This document shows positions 9,517 through 17,714 of a stretch of DNA of 31,504 bases, in pieces. The position numbers were made by a program, and so were the translations under genes. Below the pieces are notes generated by a model. The model was given only the letters and a program-made list of their open reading frames with translations. It searched no databases and was not told the origin of the DNA. This DNA comes from Candidatus Udaeobacter sp. (lineage in GTDB: Bacteria; Verrucomicrobiota; Verrucomicrobiia; Chthoniobacterales; UBA10450). The stretch is taken from assembly GCA_044867565.1 (NCBI GenBank), contig JBIOVE010000151.1, forward strand, positions 1-31,504. The letters are read 5' to 3'. Each line of letters begins with the position of its first letter. Position 1 is the first letter of the stretch.

Positions 9517-10308
9517 ATGCCAGAGTTGCCTGATGTCGAGACGTTCAAGCGATATTTCGACGCCACATCGCTGCATCAACGCATCAACGATGTCGATGTT
9601 CTAAACGCCTATTTGCTGAAAGGCATCTCCAGACACGAGCTTGCGCGCGGGCTGAAAGGGCGGCGCTTCGAATCGACTCGGCGTCATGGCAAGCATTTGT
9701 TTGTGCGTGCCAGCAATGACACGTGGCTGCGGTTGCACTTTGGGATGACTGGTTTTCTGCGTTACTTCAAAGGGGAAGAAAAAGCGCCGCTGCACACACG
9801 CGTGTTATTCGTTTTCGCAAAAGATTACCGCCTCGCCTTCGACGATCAGCGGAAGTTTGGCGAGGTCGGACTGATTAAGGATGTCGATGAGTTTTTGAAA
9901 AAGCGGGCGCTCGGCCCGGACGCGCTCGGGCTCGATCTCTCGGAATTCAAGAACACGATCGGCAAACATCGCGCTGCCGTGAAATCGATCCTGATGAACC
10001 AGCAGCTGATCGCAGGGATCGGGAACATTTACGCCGATGAAATGCTTTTTCATGCGCGCATTCATCCGGCGACGCAAACTGTGCGCTTGGGCGACAAGAT
10101 ATTGGCGCGGTTGTTCCGCGCGATGCGACATGTGCTGGGGAAAGCGATTGAGTATCAAGCCGATGTGGACCGGATGCCGACGTCGTGGCTGCTGCCACAC
10201 CGCCACAAGCGCGGCAAATGCCCGCGGTGCGGACGCCAATTGAAATCCTCTAAGATTGGCGGGCGCACTGCGTGGTTTTGCTCGCACTGTCAGACGCGCG
10301 CATCGTGA
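9517..10308 (+). CDS. Fpg/Nei family DNA glycosylase
   Basis: N-terminal MPELPDVE (catalytic Pro2), RHGKHL, HFGMTG, H2TH motif AGIGNIYADE, zinc finger CPRC...CSHC. Confidence 0.92.
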   Translation: MPELPDVETFKRYFDATSLHQRINDVDVLNAYLLKGISRHELARGLKGRRFESTRRHGKHLFVRASNDTWLRLHFGMTGFLRYFKGEEKAPLHTRVLFVFAKDYRLAFDDQRKFGEVGLIKDVDEFLKKRALGPDALGLDLSEFKNTIGKHRAAVKSILMNQQLIAGIGNIYADEMLFHARIHPATQTVRLGDKILARLFRAMRHVLGKAIEYQADVDRMPTSWLLPHRHKRGKCPRCGRQLKSSKIGGRTAWFCSHCQTRAS

Positions 10309-10323
10309 TCGCGGCGGTATGAA

Positions 10324-10383
10324 TTTGGAGTGAAGCGACATGTCGCCTCGTTTTAAAGTGCGGACATGTCCGCGCACTCCAAA
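10324..10383. repeat. GGAG-type REP doublet
   Basis: Outer inverted repeat TTTGGAGTG/CACTCCAAA; perfect palindromes GCGACATGTCGC and GCGGACATGTCCGC. A second copy lies at 31433. Confidence 0.85.
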
Positions 10384-10384
10384 A

Positions 10385-10870
10385 CTATGCCGCGGCGGCG
10401 GTGAGCCGCTTCGCTTCGCCGCGTTCGTACTCGTAGAGGTACCCAATGAATTGCCGGCGGTGCGCCTGTTCCTCCGCAGTGATTTCTAGAATGAGATCCT
10501 GCGTCACCAGGTCGACTGGATCACACATTTTGATAATTTTTTTGTATTGATCGATCGCCTCTTCTTCGGCGTGGATCACGCCGCGAATCACCGCGATGAC
10601 GTCTGTGCTATCGCCCGGAGGCTGCAGATAGCGCTGCCCGCGCCCGAGATCGAGCGAGCCCGGAACGCGGCCTTCAAGCACCTTGATCCGGTTGCCCACT
10701 TTTCGCGCGTGACCGAGCTCCTCTTCAATGTCGCGCACGAGCGCCTTCTTGCTTTCCTCGGCGCGCACGCCATCGAGATCAATCGAGTTGGCCAGATAAT
10801 TTTCCACCGTTTCCAGTTCCATCGCGTACGATTTTTTCAGTTCAATGATGATGTCGTGATTGGTTGCCAT
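10385..10870 (-). CDS. Ferritin-like di-iron domain protein
   Basis: Carboxylate/His pattern AMELE, EELGHA, AEEEA, EEQAHRR in a ~160-aa helical protein. Confidence 0.85.
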   Translation of the reverse strand: MATNHDIIIELKKSYAMELETVENYLANSIDLDGVRAEESKKALVRDIEEELGHARKVGNRIKVLEGRVPGSLDLGRGQRYLQPPGDSTDVIAVIRGVIHAEEEAIDQYKKIIKMCDPVDLVTQDLILEITAEEQAHRRQFIGYLYEYERGEAKRLTAAAA

Positions 10871-10998
10871 GGTTGTTTGTCCTCCTGTAAAGAAATCGTT
10901 GCCGGCCGTCCGAGCGGTTCTTTTCGCTCATGCAAAACTAACCACCTCTTGAAGAGATTACTCCGTGCGCAGCGGACCGGTTCTGACCAGTGTTCTGT

Positions 10999-11454
10999 CT
11001 AATCGGGGGTCTTCGCAGCCTGTGTGTCCTTTTCTTCAGATTGCTTATGTAACCGCTGGAATTCCTTCTCGAGCTTCTTCAGCTCTTCGTCGGACAGATC
11101 TTCAAGATCGACAAGCTTATTACGCGCGCCTTTAAGGGCCCGGATCAACTCGTCCAGTTTCAACTGAATGGCTTTTCCGTCGCGGTTCTGTGTGTTTTGA
11201 ATAACAAAGACCATCAGGAAAGTGACGATTGTCGTGCCAGTATTAATAATGAGCTGCCAGGTATCGGAATAATGAAACTTCGGTCCCGTTGCAGCCCAGA
11301 CGGCAATCACAAGGATCGCAAAAGCGAAGGCCCATGCCGTTCCCAACACATGCGAGCATCGGCGCGCGAAGAGACGGAAGGCGTCGCGCACGACGCCAAA
11401 CAAACCTCGCTCTTGTTCGTGCACATTTCGATCTCCGATATCAGTGCCGTTCAC
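10999..11454 (-). CDS. Low-affinity iron permease family protein (Fet4-like)
   Basis: WAATGPKFHYSDTWQLIINTGTTIVTFLMVFVIQNTQNRDGKAIQLKLDELIRA; start uncertain (GTG 11454 or 11424). Confidence 0.88.
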   Translation of the reverse strand: MNGTDIGDRNVHEQERGLFGVVRDAFRLFARRCSHVLGTAWAFAFAILVIAVWAATGPKFHYSDTWQLIINTGTTIVTFLMVFVIQNTQNRDGKAIQLKLDELIRALKGARNKLVDLEDLSDEELKKLEKEFQRLHKQSEEKDTQAAKTPD

Positions 11455-11651
11455 AACTGTACCTTTACGTTCGCGCGGCCTCTGGCAATTGCGCGCATGA
11501 TGCTGCGGCCAAAAGCAATATTGTCCCCAGGCAAGATCCCACGGAGACAGCCAGCTCACGTTTCGCATTGTCTCGGATTCTGAGTTCCATTGAGGTTTCG
11601 AAGCTGACAACCGCACCGCACGCGTCTCGCAAATGCGCGCTGCGAATTAAA

Positions 11652-12692
11652 ATGATGCGACCTGGGAAAAACTTGATTGAGATCGACGGCTCGTTCGGCG
11701 AGGGCGGCGGCCAGATTTTGCGCACGTCGCTTGCGTTGTCGCTTCTCACAGGCCAGGCGTTTCGTATCCGAAACATTCGCGCTGCACGCAAGAAGCCTGG
11801 CTTGCTCCGCCAGCATCTCACCGCGGTCAATGCCGCCGCGGAAATTGGGCACGCGAAAGTGGAAGGCGCATCGCTCGCATCGCGCAAGCTAGTGTTCAGC
11901 CCAGCCAGCGTCGTTGCGGGTAGCTATCAATTCTCCGTCGGCAGCGCTGGTAGCGCGACGCTGGTGCTCCAGACGGTTCTGCCAGCGCTCACCGTTGTCT
12001 TGGGACCATCCGCGCTCGGCCTCGAAGGCGGCACGCACAACCCGCACGCGCCGCCATTTGATTTTTTGCAAAGAACTTTCCTGCCGGTGTTAAACCGGAT
12101 GGGGCCGATGATCGCGGCGACTTTGGAACGCCCTGGGTTCTATCCCGCCGGCGGCGGAAAATTCACGGTCACGATCAAACCGGCCCCACAACTTTCGCCG
12201 ATCCAACTGCTGGAACGCGGAGAAATCCAGCGCTGCCGCGCTACCGCGATCGTCGCTGGGCTTCCTACGCAGATCGCCGAGCGCGAGTTGAACGTGGTGC
12301 ACGAAAAACTGGCCTGGCCGGATGATGCACTGCGCGCCGAAGTTTTTCCCAACGGTCCTGGCAACATATTGATGCTCGAAATTCAAAGCGAGCACATCAC
12401 CGAAATCTTCACAGGGTTCGGAGAACGCGGTGTCCGTGCCGAGACAGTCGCAAAGGGCACAGTCGCTTCAGCGCAGGCTTACCTTGATGCCGGTGCGCCG
12501 GTCGGCAAGCTCCTCGCGGACCAGCTCATCCTACCATTCGCCCTCGCTGGCGGCGGTTCATTTAAGACGCTCCCGCTATCCCGGCACGCGCAAACCAACA
12601 TCGAGGTGGTGAAAATGTTTCTCGATGTTGATGTGCGGATCGCGCCGGAAGGCAAGCGTGTCTGTATTGTTGAAGTATTGCGGCGCGGCTGA
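11652..12692 (+). CDS. rtcA: RNA 3'-terminal phosphate cyclase
   Basis: IDGSFGEGGGQILRTSL, RKKPGLLRQH, GGTHNPHAPPFD, PGFYPAGGG, LADQL, adenylated His in SRHAQTN; start placed at ATG 11652. Confidence 0.95.
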   Translation: MMRPGKNLIEIDGSFGEGGGQILRTSLALSLLTGQAFRIRNIRAARKKPGLLRQHLTAVNAAAEIGHAKVEGASLASRKLVFSPASVVAGSYQFSVGSAGSATLVLQTVLPALTVVLGPSALGLEGGTHNPHAPPFDFLQRTFLPVLNRMGPMIAATLERPGFYPAGGGKFTVTIKPAPQLSPIQLLERGEIQRCRATAIVAGLPTQIAERELNVVHEKLAWPDDALRAEVFPNGPGNILMLEIQSEHITEIFTGFGERGVRAETVAKGTVASAQAYLDAGAPVGKLLADQLILPFALAGGGSFKTLPLSRHAQTNIEVVKMFLDVDVRIAPEGKRVCIVEVLRRG

Positions 12693-12741
12693 GGATACGG
12701 CTATCCCTCGGGCGCATGCCGAATAGTCGGATTGAGGTTCG

Positions 12742-13269
12742 ATGAAGTGGAAGCAAAAAGTTCTGCTCACTGGGCGTCCCGGCTGCGGCAAGACGACGCT
12801 GATCAAGCGGCTTGTCAATGAGCTCCAGGCGCGCGCCGGTGGTTTCTACACCGAGGAAATGCGAGAGCGCGGCGCGCGGGTAGGTTTCAAGCTCGTTACC
12901 CTTGAAGGGGCCGAGGCGGTGTTCGCGCACGTGGATTTCAAAACGCCCGAGCGCGTCGGAAAATACCGGCTCGATCTTTCCGCGGTCGAAAAGATCGGCG
13001 TCGAAGCGGTGCGTGAAGCGGCGCGCAGGAAATGGCTGGTCGTCATCGACGAAATCGGCCCGATGGAAATCCGCTCTGCGGTTTTTCGCGAAGCGGTAAA
13101 CGAGGCGCTCGACAGTCCCGAAGCATTCGGGATGCTCGCGACGATTGTCGCGCGATCCCTGCCGTTTACCGACGCGATCAAGGCGCGGTCCGACGTCACG
13201 GTAATCGAAGTTCGCACGGAAAATCGCCAGAGACTTGTCGCGGACCTGTCAGCCAGATTCCGCAGCTAG
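12742..13269 (+). CDS. THEP1/NTPCR-type nucleoside triphosphatase (NTPase_1)
   Basis: LLTGRPGCGKTT, GFYTEEMRERGARVGF, Walker B VIDEIGPME. Confidence 0.9.
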   Translation: MKWKQKVLLTGRPGCGKTTLIKRLVNELQARAGGFYTEEMRERGARVGFKLVTLEGAEAVFAHVDFKTPERVGKYRLDLSAVEKIGVEAVREAARRKWLVVIDEIGPMEIRSAVFREAVNEALDSPEAFGMLATIVARSLPFTDAIKARSDVTVIEVRTENRQRLVADLSARFRS

Positions 13270-13432
13270 AATCCGGGCCGCTCATGAGACACGCTGCCAG
13301 CGCAAGGCGTCCCGCCGAAGAGTCGGCGCGGTATTTCGCTCACATCAGAAACGATGTTGCACGGAGCGGACTAGAGAGCCGGGAGTTTCACGGCAGGCAG
13401 CTGCGCATAGGCCGGGCGACGATATTATTATT

Positions 13433-13807
13433 GTGAAAGAAACACATTCGCCGCAGATCAAGCATGTCTCCTGGGGGCGGCTTGAGGTCGAGGGAAAAGC
13501 CGAGCCTTACAAGGACGCGAAGCTTTTTCCTGGTGGGTCGCGGGAATGGAACTGGCGCGAGACCGGGACTGAACATTCGTCGGGCATCCAAACCGCTGAT
13601 GTACAGGAATTGCTGAATCACGGCGCCACGGTCGTCGTGCTCTCTCGGGGAATGAAACAATGCCTCAATGTGCCGCGCGAGACTCTCGATTTTTTGAAAG
13701 AGCGGCAGATCCCGGTGCACGTGTTGCCCACCGCCGAGGCAGCGGAGCGTTACAACCAACTCGCGGAAAAGGAGCCCGTCGGCGGACTCTTCCACACCAC
13801 GTGCTGA
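13433..13807 (+). CDS. Mth938-domain protein (DUF498/AAMDC-like)
   Basis: YKDAKLFPGGSREWNW..TGTEH, VVLSRGM, PTAEAAERYNQL, GGLFHTTC; start placed at GTG 13433. Confidence 0.88.
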   Translation: MKETHSPQIKHVSWGRLEVEGKAEPYKDAKLFPGGSREWNWRETGTEHSSGIQTADVQELLNHGATVVVLSRGMKQCLNVPRETLDFLKERQIPVHVLPTAEAAERYNQLAEKEPVGGLFHTTC

Positions 13808-13873
13808 AGGCGAGCGTGTCTGCATCATCGAAGTGACAAAGGCAATTAGCTGGGGACTGCGCGTGGACGTTTG

Positions 13874-13897
13874 GCGGCGATTTGGAAATCGCCGCTC
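13874..13897. repeat. REP palindrome
   Basis: Perfect 10-bp stem GCGGCGATTT-GG-AAATCGCCGC between convergent genes; same family as 5823. Confidence 0.8.
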
Positions 13898-13902
13898 GTT
13901 GT

Positions 13903-14844
13903 TTACTCGCCACGCAGCCTTGCTATTCGGTGGCTGAACCACTCGGCTTCATCGGAGAAACCGGCTGCGCGACAAACCTGTTCGAGCGCGCGGTAACGTT
14001 CGGAGACATCGAAGCCGATGCTCCATTGCAGCTTGCGCAGACAAACCGGGCAGAGATGCAGCGGACGACGATCGCTTTCGGCCAGATGATTCGAGCCGTT
14101 CATCAGGCAGTTGAAAAAGGTGCAGTGAGCGAGTCCGAACATGTGACCGGTCTCGTGCGCGAGCACTTTGCAGCTCCGGCGCAAGATGAGCATCTGATTG
14201 CCGGCGGTGCGCGCCTCGCCGTAAAACGCCGGATCGTATCGCGCAAAGCTGTAAACGCCGACTCGCTCGCGCAGCGAGGCTTGGCCGAAGACAAAGTTCC
14301 ACGATGGCTCTGGGTAAAGATCTTCCATCGTGATTGCGACGAGGCAGAACGCGTCGGTTGGCAGGCGGGCTTTCAAAAAATTGAGCACGTCGCCGGTAAG
14401 AATTTGCAAATTAGCGGTGCTTGGATTGTGACGCGTGGTGAACTCGCCTGCGGCGGGCGGCGTCGCGGGCAGCGCTTTTACTTCGATCGCGAAAAACGCC
14501 GCCGCAAAATCCCGCAGCTTTGCGATCGACGGGCTGTGATCGGCGGCAAAATTGCCGAGTGGCTGAAAATAGATCAAGTGTCGCGATCGCGTCGGCCGAT
14601 TTGGATGCGACGCTTTGAATTCGTCAAAAGCTTGCCCCGGCTCCTCATGGACTGCGAGCCAGTCGTGCGCTTCTGGTTTTGGGATCGGCTCAAACTCAGC
14701 GGCATCCGGCGCGAATGCGGACTGGAGCGCGGGCGACAGCCCAGCGAGATCGCCGACAGCGGCGCGTTTCACGTCCAGGCCTGGCGGTTCGAAGGCCATG
14801 CTAACGAGAGGCGACAACAAAATGATCGCGGCAGTTTTCCACAC
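13903..14844 (-). CDS. Archaemetzincin (peptidase M54), long form with possible signal peptide
   Basis: WNFVFGQA, HETGHMFGLAHC, C-x4-C-LMNGSNH, LCPVC (Cys4 zinc site); hydrophobic N-terminus. Confidence 0.9.
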   Translation of the reverse strand: MWKTAAIILLSPLVSMAFEPPGLDVKRAAVGDLAGLSPALQSAFAPDAAEFEPIPKPEAHDWLAVHEEPGQAFDEFKASHPNRPTRSRHLIYFQPLGNFAADHSPSIAKLRDFAAAFFAIEVKALPATPPAAGEFTTRHNPSTANLQILTGDVLNFLKARLPTDAFCLVAITMEDLYPEPSWNFVFGQASLRERVGVYSFARYDPAFYGEARTAGNQMLILRRSCKVLAHETGHMFGLAHCTFFNCLMNGSNHLAESDRRPLHLCPVCLRKLQWSIGFDVSERYRALEQVCRAAGFSDEAEWFSHRIARLRGE

Positions 14845-14848
14845 AGCT

Positions 14849-15154
14849 TCAATGATAAGCCGGCGGCGAATAGACGCTGAACGTCACTGCGTGTCCGCTG
14901 CCGACGTTCGTGAACTTATGCGGCGTTCCAGACGGGACCGTGATCGCGTCGCCCCTTTTCATTTCAGTGCAGTTGCCGAAAACCTCCGCGGTCAGCGTGC
15001 CTTCGAGCAAGATCAAGACTTGGTCGCTCTCGGGATGCGTGTTTGGTTTCTCGCTGCTGGATTCGCCGGGGTCGAGCGTCATGCTCGCAGCCTGGCTGCG
15101 TCGCGTAGTGTGCAAAATCTTAAAGCCTGTGCCGGCTCGATAAACGTTCGTCAT
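14849..15154 (-). CDS. Cupin domain protein
   Basis: NTHPESDQVLILLEG and GDAITVPSGTPHKF cupin motifs. Confidence 0.85.
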   Translation of the reverse strand: MTNVYRAGTGFKILHTTRRSQAASMTLDPGESSSEKPNTHPESDQVLILLEGTLTAEVFGNCTEMKRGDAITVPSGTPHKFTNVGSGHAVTFSVYSPPAYH

Positions 15155-15334
15155 GGAAGTCACCCCTTTTATCGCGGCTGGATCTGTTGCCGGTTCTGCG
15201 GCAGGAGGGTGGCCGAGGCGGTGAAGCTTCGCCGGAGGTCGTTCGCCGCGACGAATCCGTTTTCGCCTGGCGGACGAATCCTTCCTAGGGCGGACCTGTG
15301 GCGGAGATGTTGGAGTTTGGCTTAGTTTGTATCA

Positions 15335-16474
15335 ATGTCATTACGCCTTTTTCTGTGCGGCGATGTGATGACCGGGCGCGGCATCGATCAGGCGTTGCCG
15401 CATTCGGTAAATCCCGTTTTGTACGAACCCTACGTGCGCGATGCGCGCGAATATGTCGACCTTGCCGAGAAGGCTAACGGCGCCATACAGCGGCCCGTGA
15501 GCTTCGATTACATCTGGGGCGACGCGCTGCAAGAACTGGATCAGGCCAACGTCGATTTGAGAATCGTGAACTTGGAAACCGCCATCACATCCTCCGAGAC
15601 GCCCTGGCCTGGTAAAGGAATTCATTACCGCATGCATCCGCGGAACATTGGTTGTCTTTCCGCAGCCGGGATCAACGGTTGCGCTCTTTCGAACAATCAC
15701 GTGTTGGACTGGGGATACGCTGGACTATCTGAAACACTGCAAACTCTGGATGTGGCCGGCATCGGCTGTTCCGGTGCAGGAGAGAACGCCGTGAAAGCAG
15801 CGGCTCCCGCCATCCTCGATGTAGCGGACCAGAAACGAGTGCTTCTCTTCTCATTTGGATCGACAACCAGCGGTATTCCGTGCGAATGGGCCGCCACGAC
15901 TTCTCGCGCAGGAGTGAATCTGCTGGACGATCTTTCAGAAGCTAATGCTGCGCGAATTGCGAAACGGATGCGGCAATTTCAGCAGCCGGGCGATCTCCTC
16001 GTCGTATCGATCCACTGGGGCAGCAACTGGGGTCACGAAATTCCGCGTGAACAAATCGCGTTTGCCCATCGCTTGATCGAGGATGGTGTCGCGATCGTGC
16101 ATGGGCACTCCTCTCATCACGTGAAAGCGATCGAGGTCTTCAAAGATCGCCTGATTCTTTATGGCGGCGGCGATTTTCTCACAGACTACGAAGGAATCAG
16201 CGGCTATGAGAATTTCCGCAGCGATCTTGGCCTCATGTACTTGGTCGAAGTGGATTCGCAGACTGGCCAGCTTCTGTCAGCGCGATTGGTTCCAATGCAG
16301 ATGCGGCGGTTTCGGCTAGAGCACACATCGGCCAGCGACGCCGAGTGGCTCTGTGATCTTCTAAACGAACTTGGCGCACCGTTCCGCACGAAGACGCAGA
16401 TGAACGACGACAACAGCCTGCTGCTCAAATGGCGATTTGAGAATGACGAAATCCGAATGTGGAATGTCGAATGA
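15335..16474 (+). CDS. CapA/PGA_cap-family calcineurin-like metallophosphoesterase (Rv0574c-like)
   Basis: LCGDVMTGRG, VNLETAIT, LSNNHVLDWG, SIHWGSNWG, VHGHSSHH, GDFLTDYEG. The last residues are read from a repeat. Confidence 0.88.
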   Translation: MSLRLFLCGDVMTGRGIDQALPHSVNPVLYEPYVRDAREYVDLAEKANGAIQRPVSFDYIWGDALQELDQANVDLRIVNLETAITSSETPWPGKGIHYRMHPRNIGCLSAAGINGCALSNNHVLDWGYAGLSETLQTLDVAGIGCSGAGENAVKAAAPAILDVADQKRVLLFSFGSTTSGIPCEWAATTSRAGVNLLDDLSEANAARIAKRMRQFQQPGDLLVVSIHWGSNWGHEIPREQIAFAHRLIEDGVAIVHGHSSHHVKAIEVFKDRLILYGGGDFLTDYEGISGYENFRSDLGLMYLVEVDSQTGQLLSARLVPMQMRRFRLEHTSASDAEWLCDLLNELGAPFRTKTQMNDDNSLLLKWRFENDEIRMWNVE

Positions 16475-16568
16475 ATCCCGAATGACCAAATCCGAAAAGA
16501 CGAGCCGAAGCTCTTCGTGATGTATTTTTCGTCATTCCTTCGTCATTGTCATTCGAGCTTCGTCATTT
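16441..16568. repeat. 7-nt periodic inverted-repeat element (GAATGAC/GAAATCC type)
   Basis: GAATGAC GAAATCC GAATGTG GAATGTC GAATGAA on the left, with an inverted arm ending CATTCGAGCTTCGTCATTT (15/19 to the left arm). Contains the stop codons of both flanking genes. Confidence 0.85.
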
Positions 16569-17663
16569 CCATAGTTCACATTCGATCCCGTTTTCCACGC
16601 TCTTCATAAACGCGCTGGCCGCATGTCCCGTGATGTCGATCCTTTGCGACCGCTCCGACAACGACAAACCAAACCCACCTCGCTCTTTCGTTGTAGCCGG
16701 AATCGGTAATGCCGGTTCGAGTGCGCCGCCGTCGGTGCATTGGAGACGCAACAGGTATTCCAAGCCTATGCAGATGCATCGGCGATAACGCTCCATGCGC
16801 TCATTGTTCAAGCCGCGCGCAATCACATAAGCATCATTGAGACCTTCCAGCGCGCAGGCCACTTCCACGGATACCTGTCGGGCTGGGTGCTGGTCGACGT
16901 CGCGGTAAAAACCACGGTCGATGATCTGATCATGCATTGCGAAAACGTAGCGTTCCACGTCTCGCTTGACCGCAGCGCTCACGGTGGATTCAAACAGGAG
17001 ACGGCAAGCCTGAGACTGCCAGTTGGCGAAAAAGACTATCAGATCGCCGCCCACGCGACCGCGGCGGAAGTAGTGCGCATCGTAATATGCGAAGCCGCGT
17101 TCCGCGCTTTGCAGGCAGCGGAGATCGTGCAACTGCCCGTGAGCTTCCAACAACGCGAGCATCGCCTCGCCGGCGTAAAGTTCCTCCCCATGATCTGGCA
17201 GATCTTCAAAGGAAACTTTGTATGATCCATCGGATCTCTGCTGCCGGAGGATCCCTTCAGTGAGAGCTGCAATTTTCCGCTTCCACCGCGGCGGTCGTGC
17301 ATGCAGCAAGGCCAGCATCATGAAAGCGCTGTGAGCTATGGACGAAGGCTCGCCAAGGCGCGCGGAGTCGAGCACCATGCAGCCGTCTTGTTCCACCAGG
17401 TAATCGGCGAAGTGCCGAAGCGACGTCGCGATCATCGCGAGCAGCTCCTGCCGGTTCAGGAATTCGCCAAGCACTTCGGCGTCCCACACCGAAGCGATAT
17501 CCCTAATCGGGCAGTTTTCGCAGACGAAACGATCGGCCTGCGGGATGTAAAGATACTCCAGCATCCCGTGCTGCGGGTTCACCATGCGCCGATACCAATC
17601 GAGGATCAATTCCAATCGTTGCCTGAGTAACTCTGTCGTTGTCACCGTCTGCAAGTGGGGCAA
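16563..17663 (-). CDS. Hypothetical protein, probable alpha/alpha-toroid (six-hairpin glycosidase / prenyltransferase-like) fold
   Basis: 366-aa ORF with repeated helical units and QRSDGSY, LYAGEAMLAL, FFANWQSQA, GGFG...RIDITGHA. Start uncertain; TTG 17663 overlaps a REP. Confidence 0.7.
   Translation of the reverse strand: MPHLQTVTTTELLRQRLELILDWYRRMVNPQHGMLEYLYIPQADRFVCENCPIRDIASVWDAEVLGEFLNRQELLAMIATSLRHFADYLVEQDGCMVLDSARLGEPSSIAHSAFMMLALLHARPPRWKRKIAALTEGILRQQRSDGSYKVSFEDLPDHGEELYAGEAMLALLEAHGQLHDLRCLQSAERGFAYYDAHYFRRGRVGGDLIVFFANWQSQACRLLFESTVSAAVKRDVERYVFAMHDQIIDRGFYRDVDQHPARQVSVEVACALEGLNDAYVIARGLNNERMERYRRCICIGLEYLLRLQCTDGGALEPALPIPATTKERGGFGLSLSERSQRIDITGHAASAFMKSVENGIECELWK
16692..16716. 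repeat. GTAG-tagged REP-like palindrome inside a coding region
   Basis: TGTAG-CCGGAATCGGTAATGCCGG, an imperfect hairpin with the same 5' tag as the intergenic REPs; translated as EPALPIPAT. Confidence 0.5.
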
Positions 17664-17714
17664 GGTTGTAACTTGCCGCTTTTGAGATTTCGCAACTTAC
17701 AAAGTTGCGCCACA
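17660..17714. repeat. 54-bp double-hairpin REP element, copy 1
   Basis: GCAAGGTTGTAACTTGC and CGCAACTTACAAAGTTGCG hairpins; same length and arms as 25085-25138 in the opposite orientation. Confidence 0.85.

Noticed and set aside
11289-11651. 121-aa N-terminal extension of RtcA in the ORF track; similar extensions on the kinase, Mth938, OtsA, DegQ and Fet4-like ORFs
   Set aside because: They overlap neighbouring genes or repeats and lack family features; downstream starts match the expected domain boundaries.
13882-14880. 332-aa plus-strand ORF, and similar long ORFs at 7124-7936, 14615-15325, 17763-18560, 19304-20284 and 30153-30968
   Set aside because: They lie antisense to well-supported genes and carry no motifs; such shadows are expected from codon bias in GC-rich genomes.
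16441-16568. Repeat cluster considered as a possible CRISPR array
   Set aside because: Units are degenerate 7-mers with no constant 25-45-nt repeat, no unique spacers and no cas genes.
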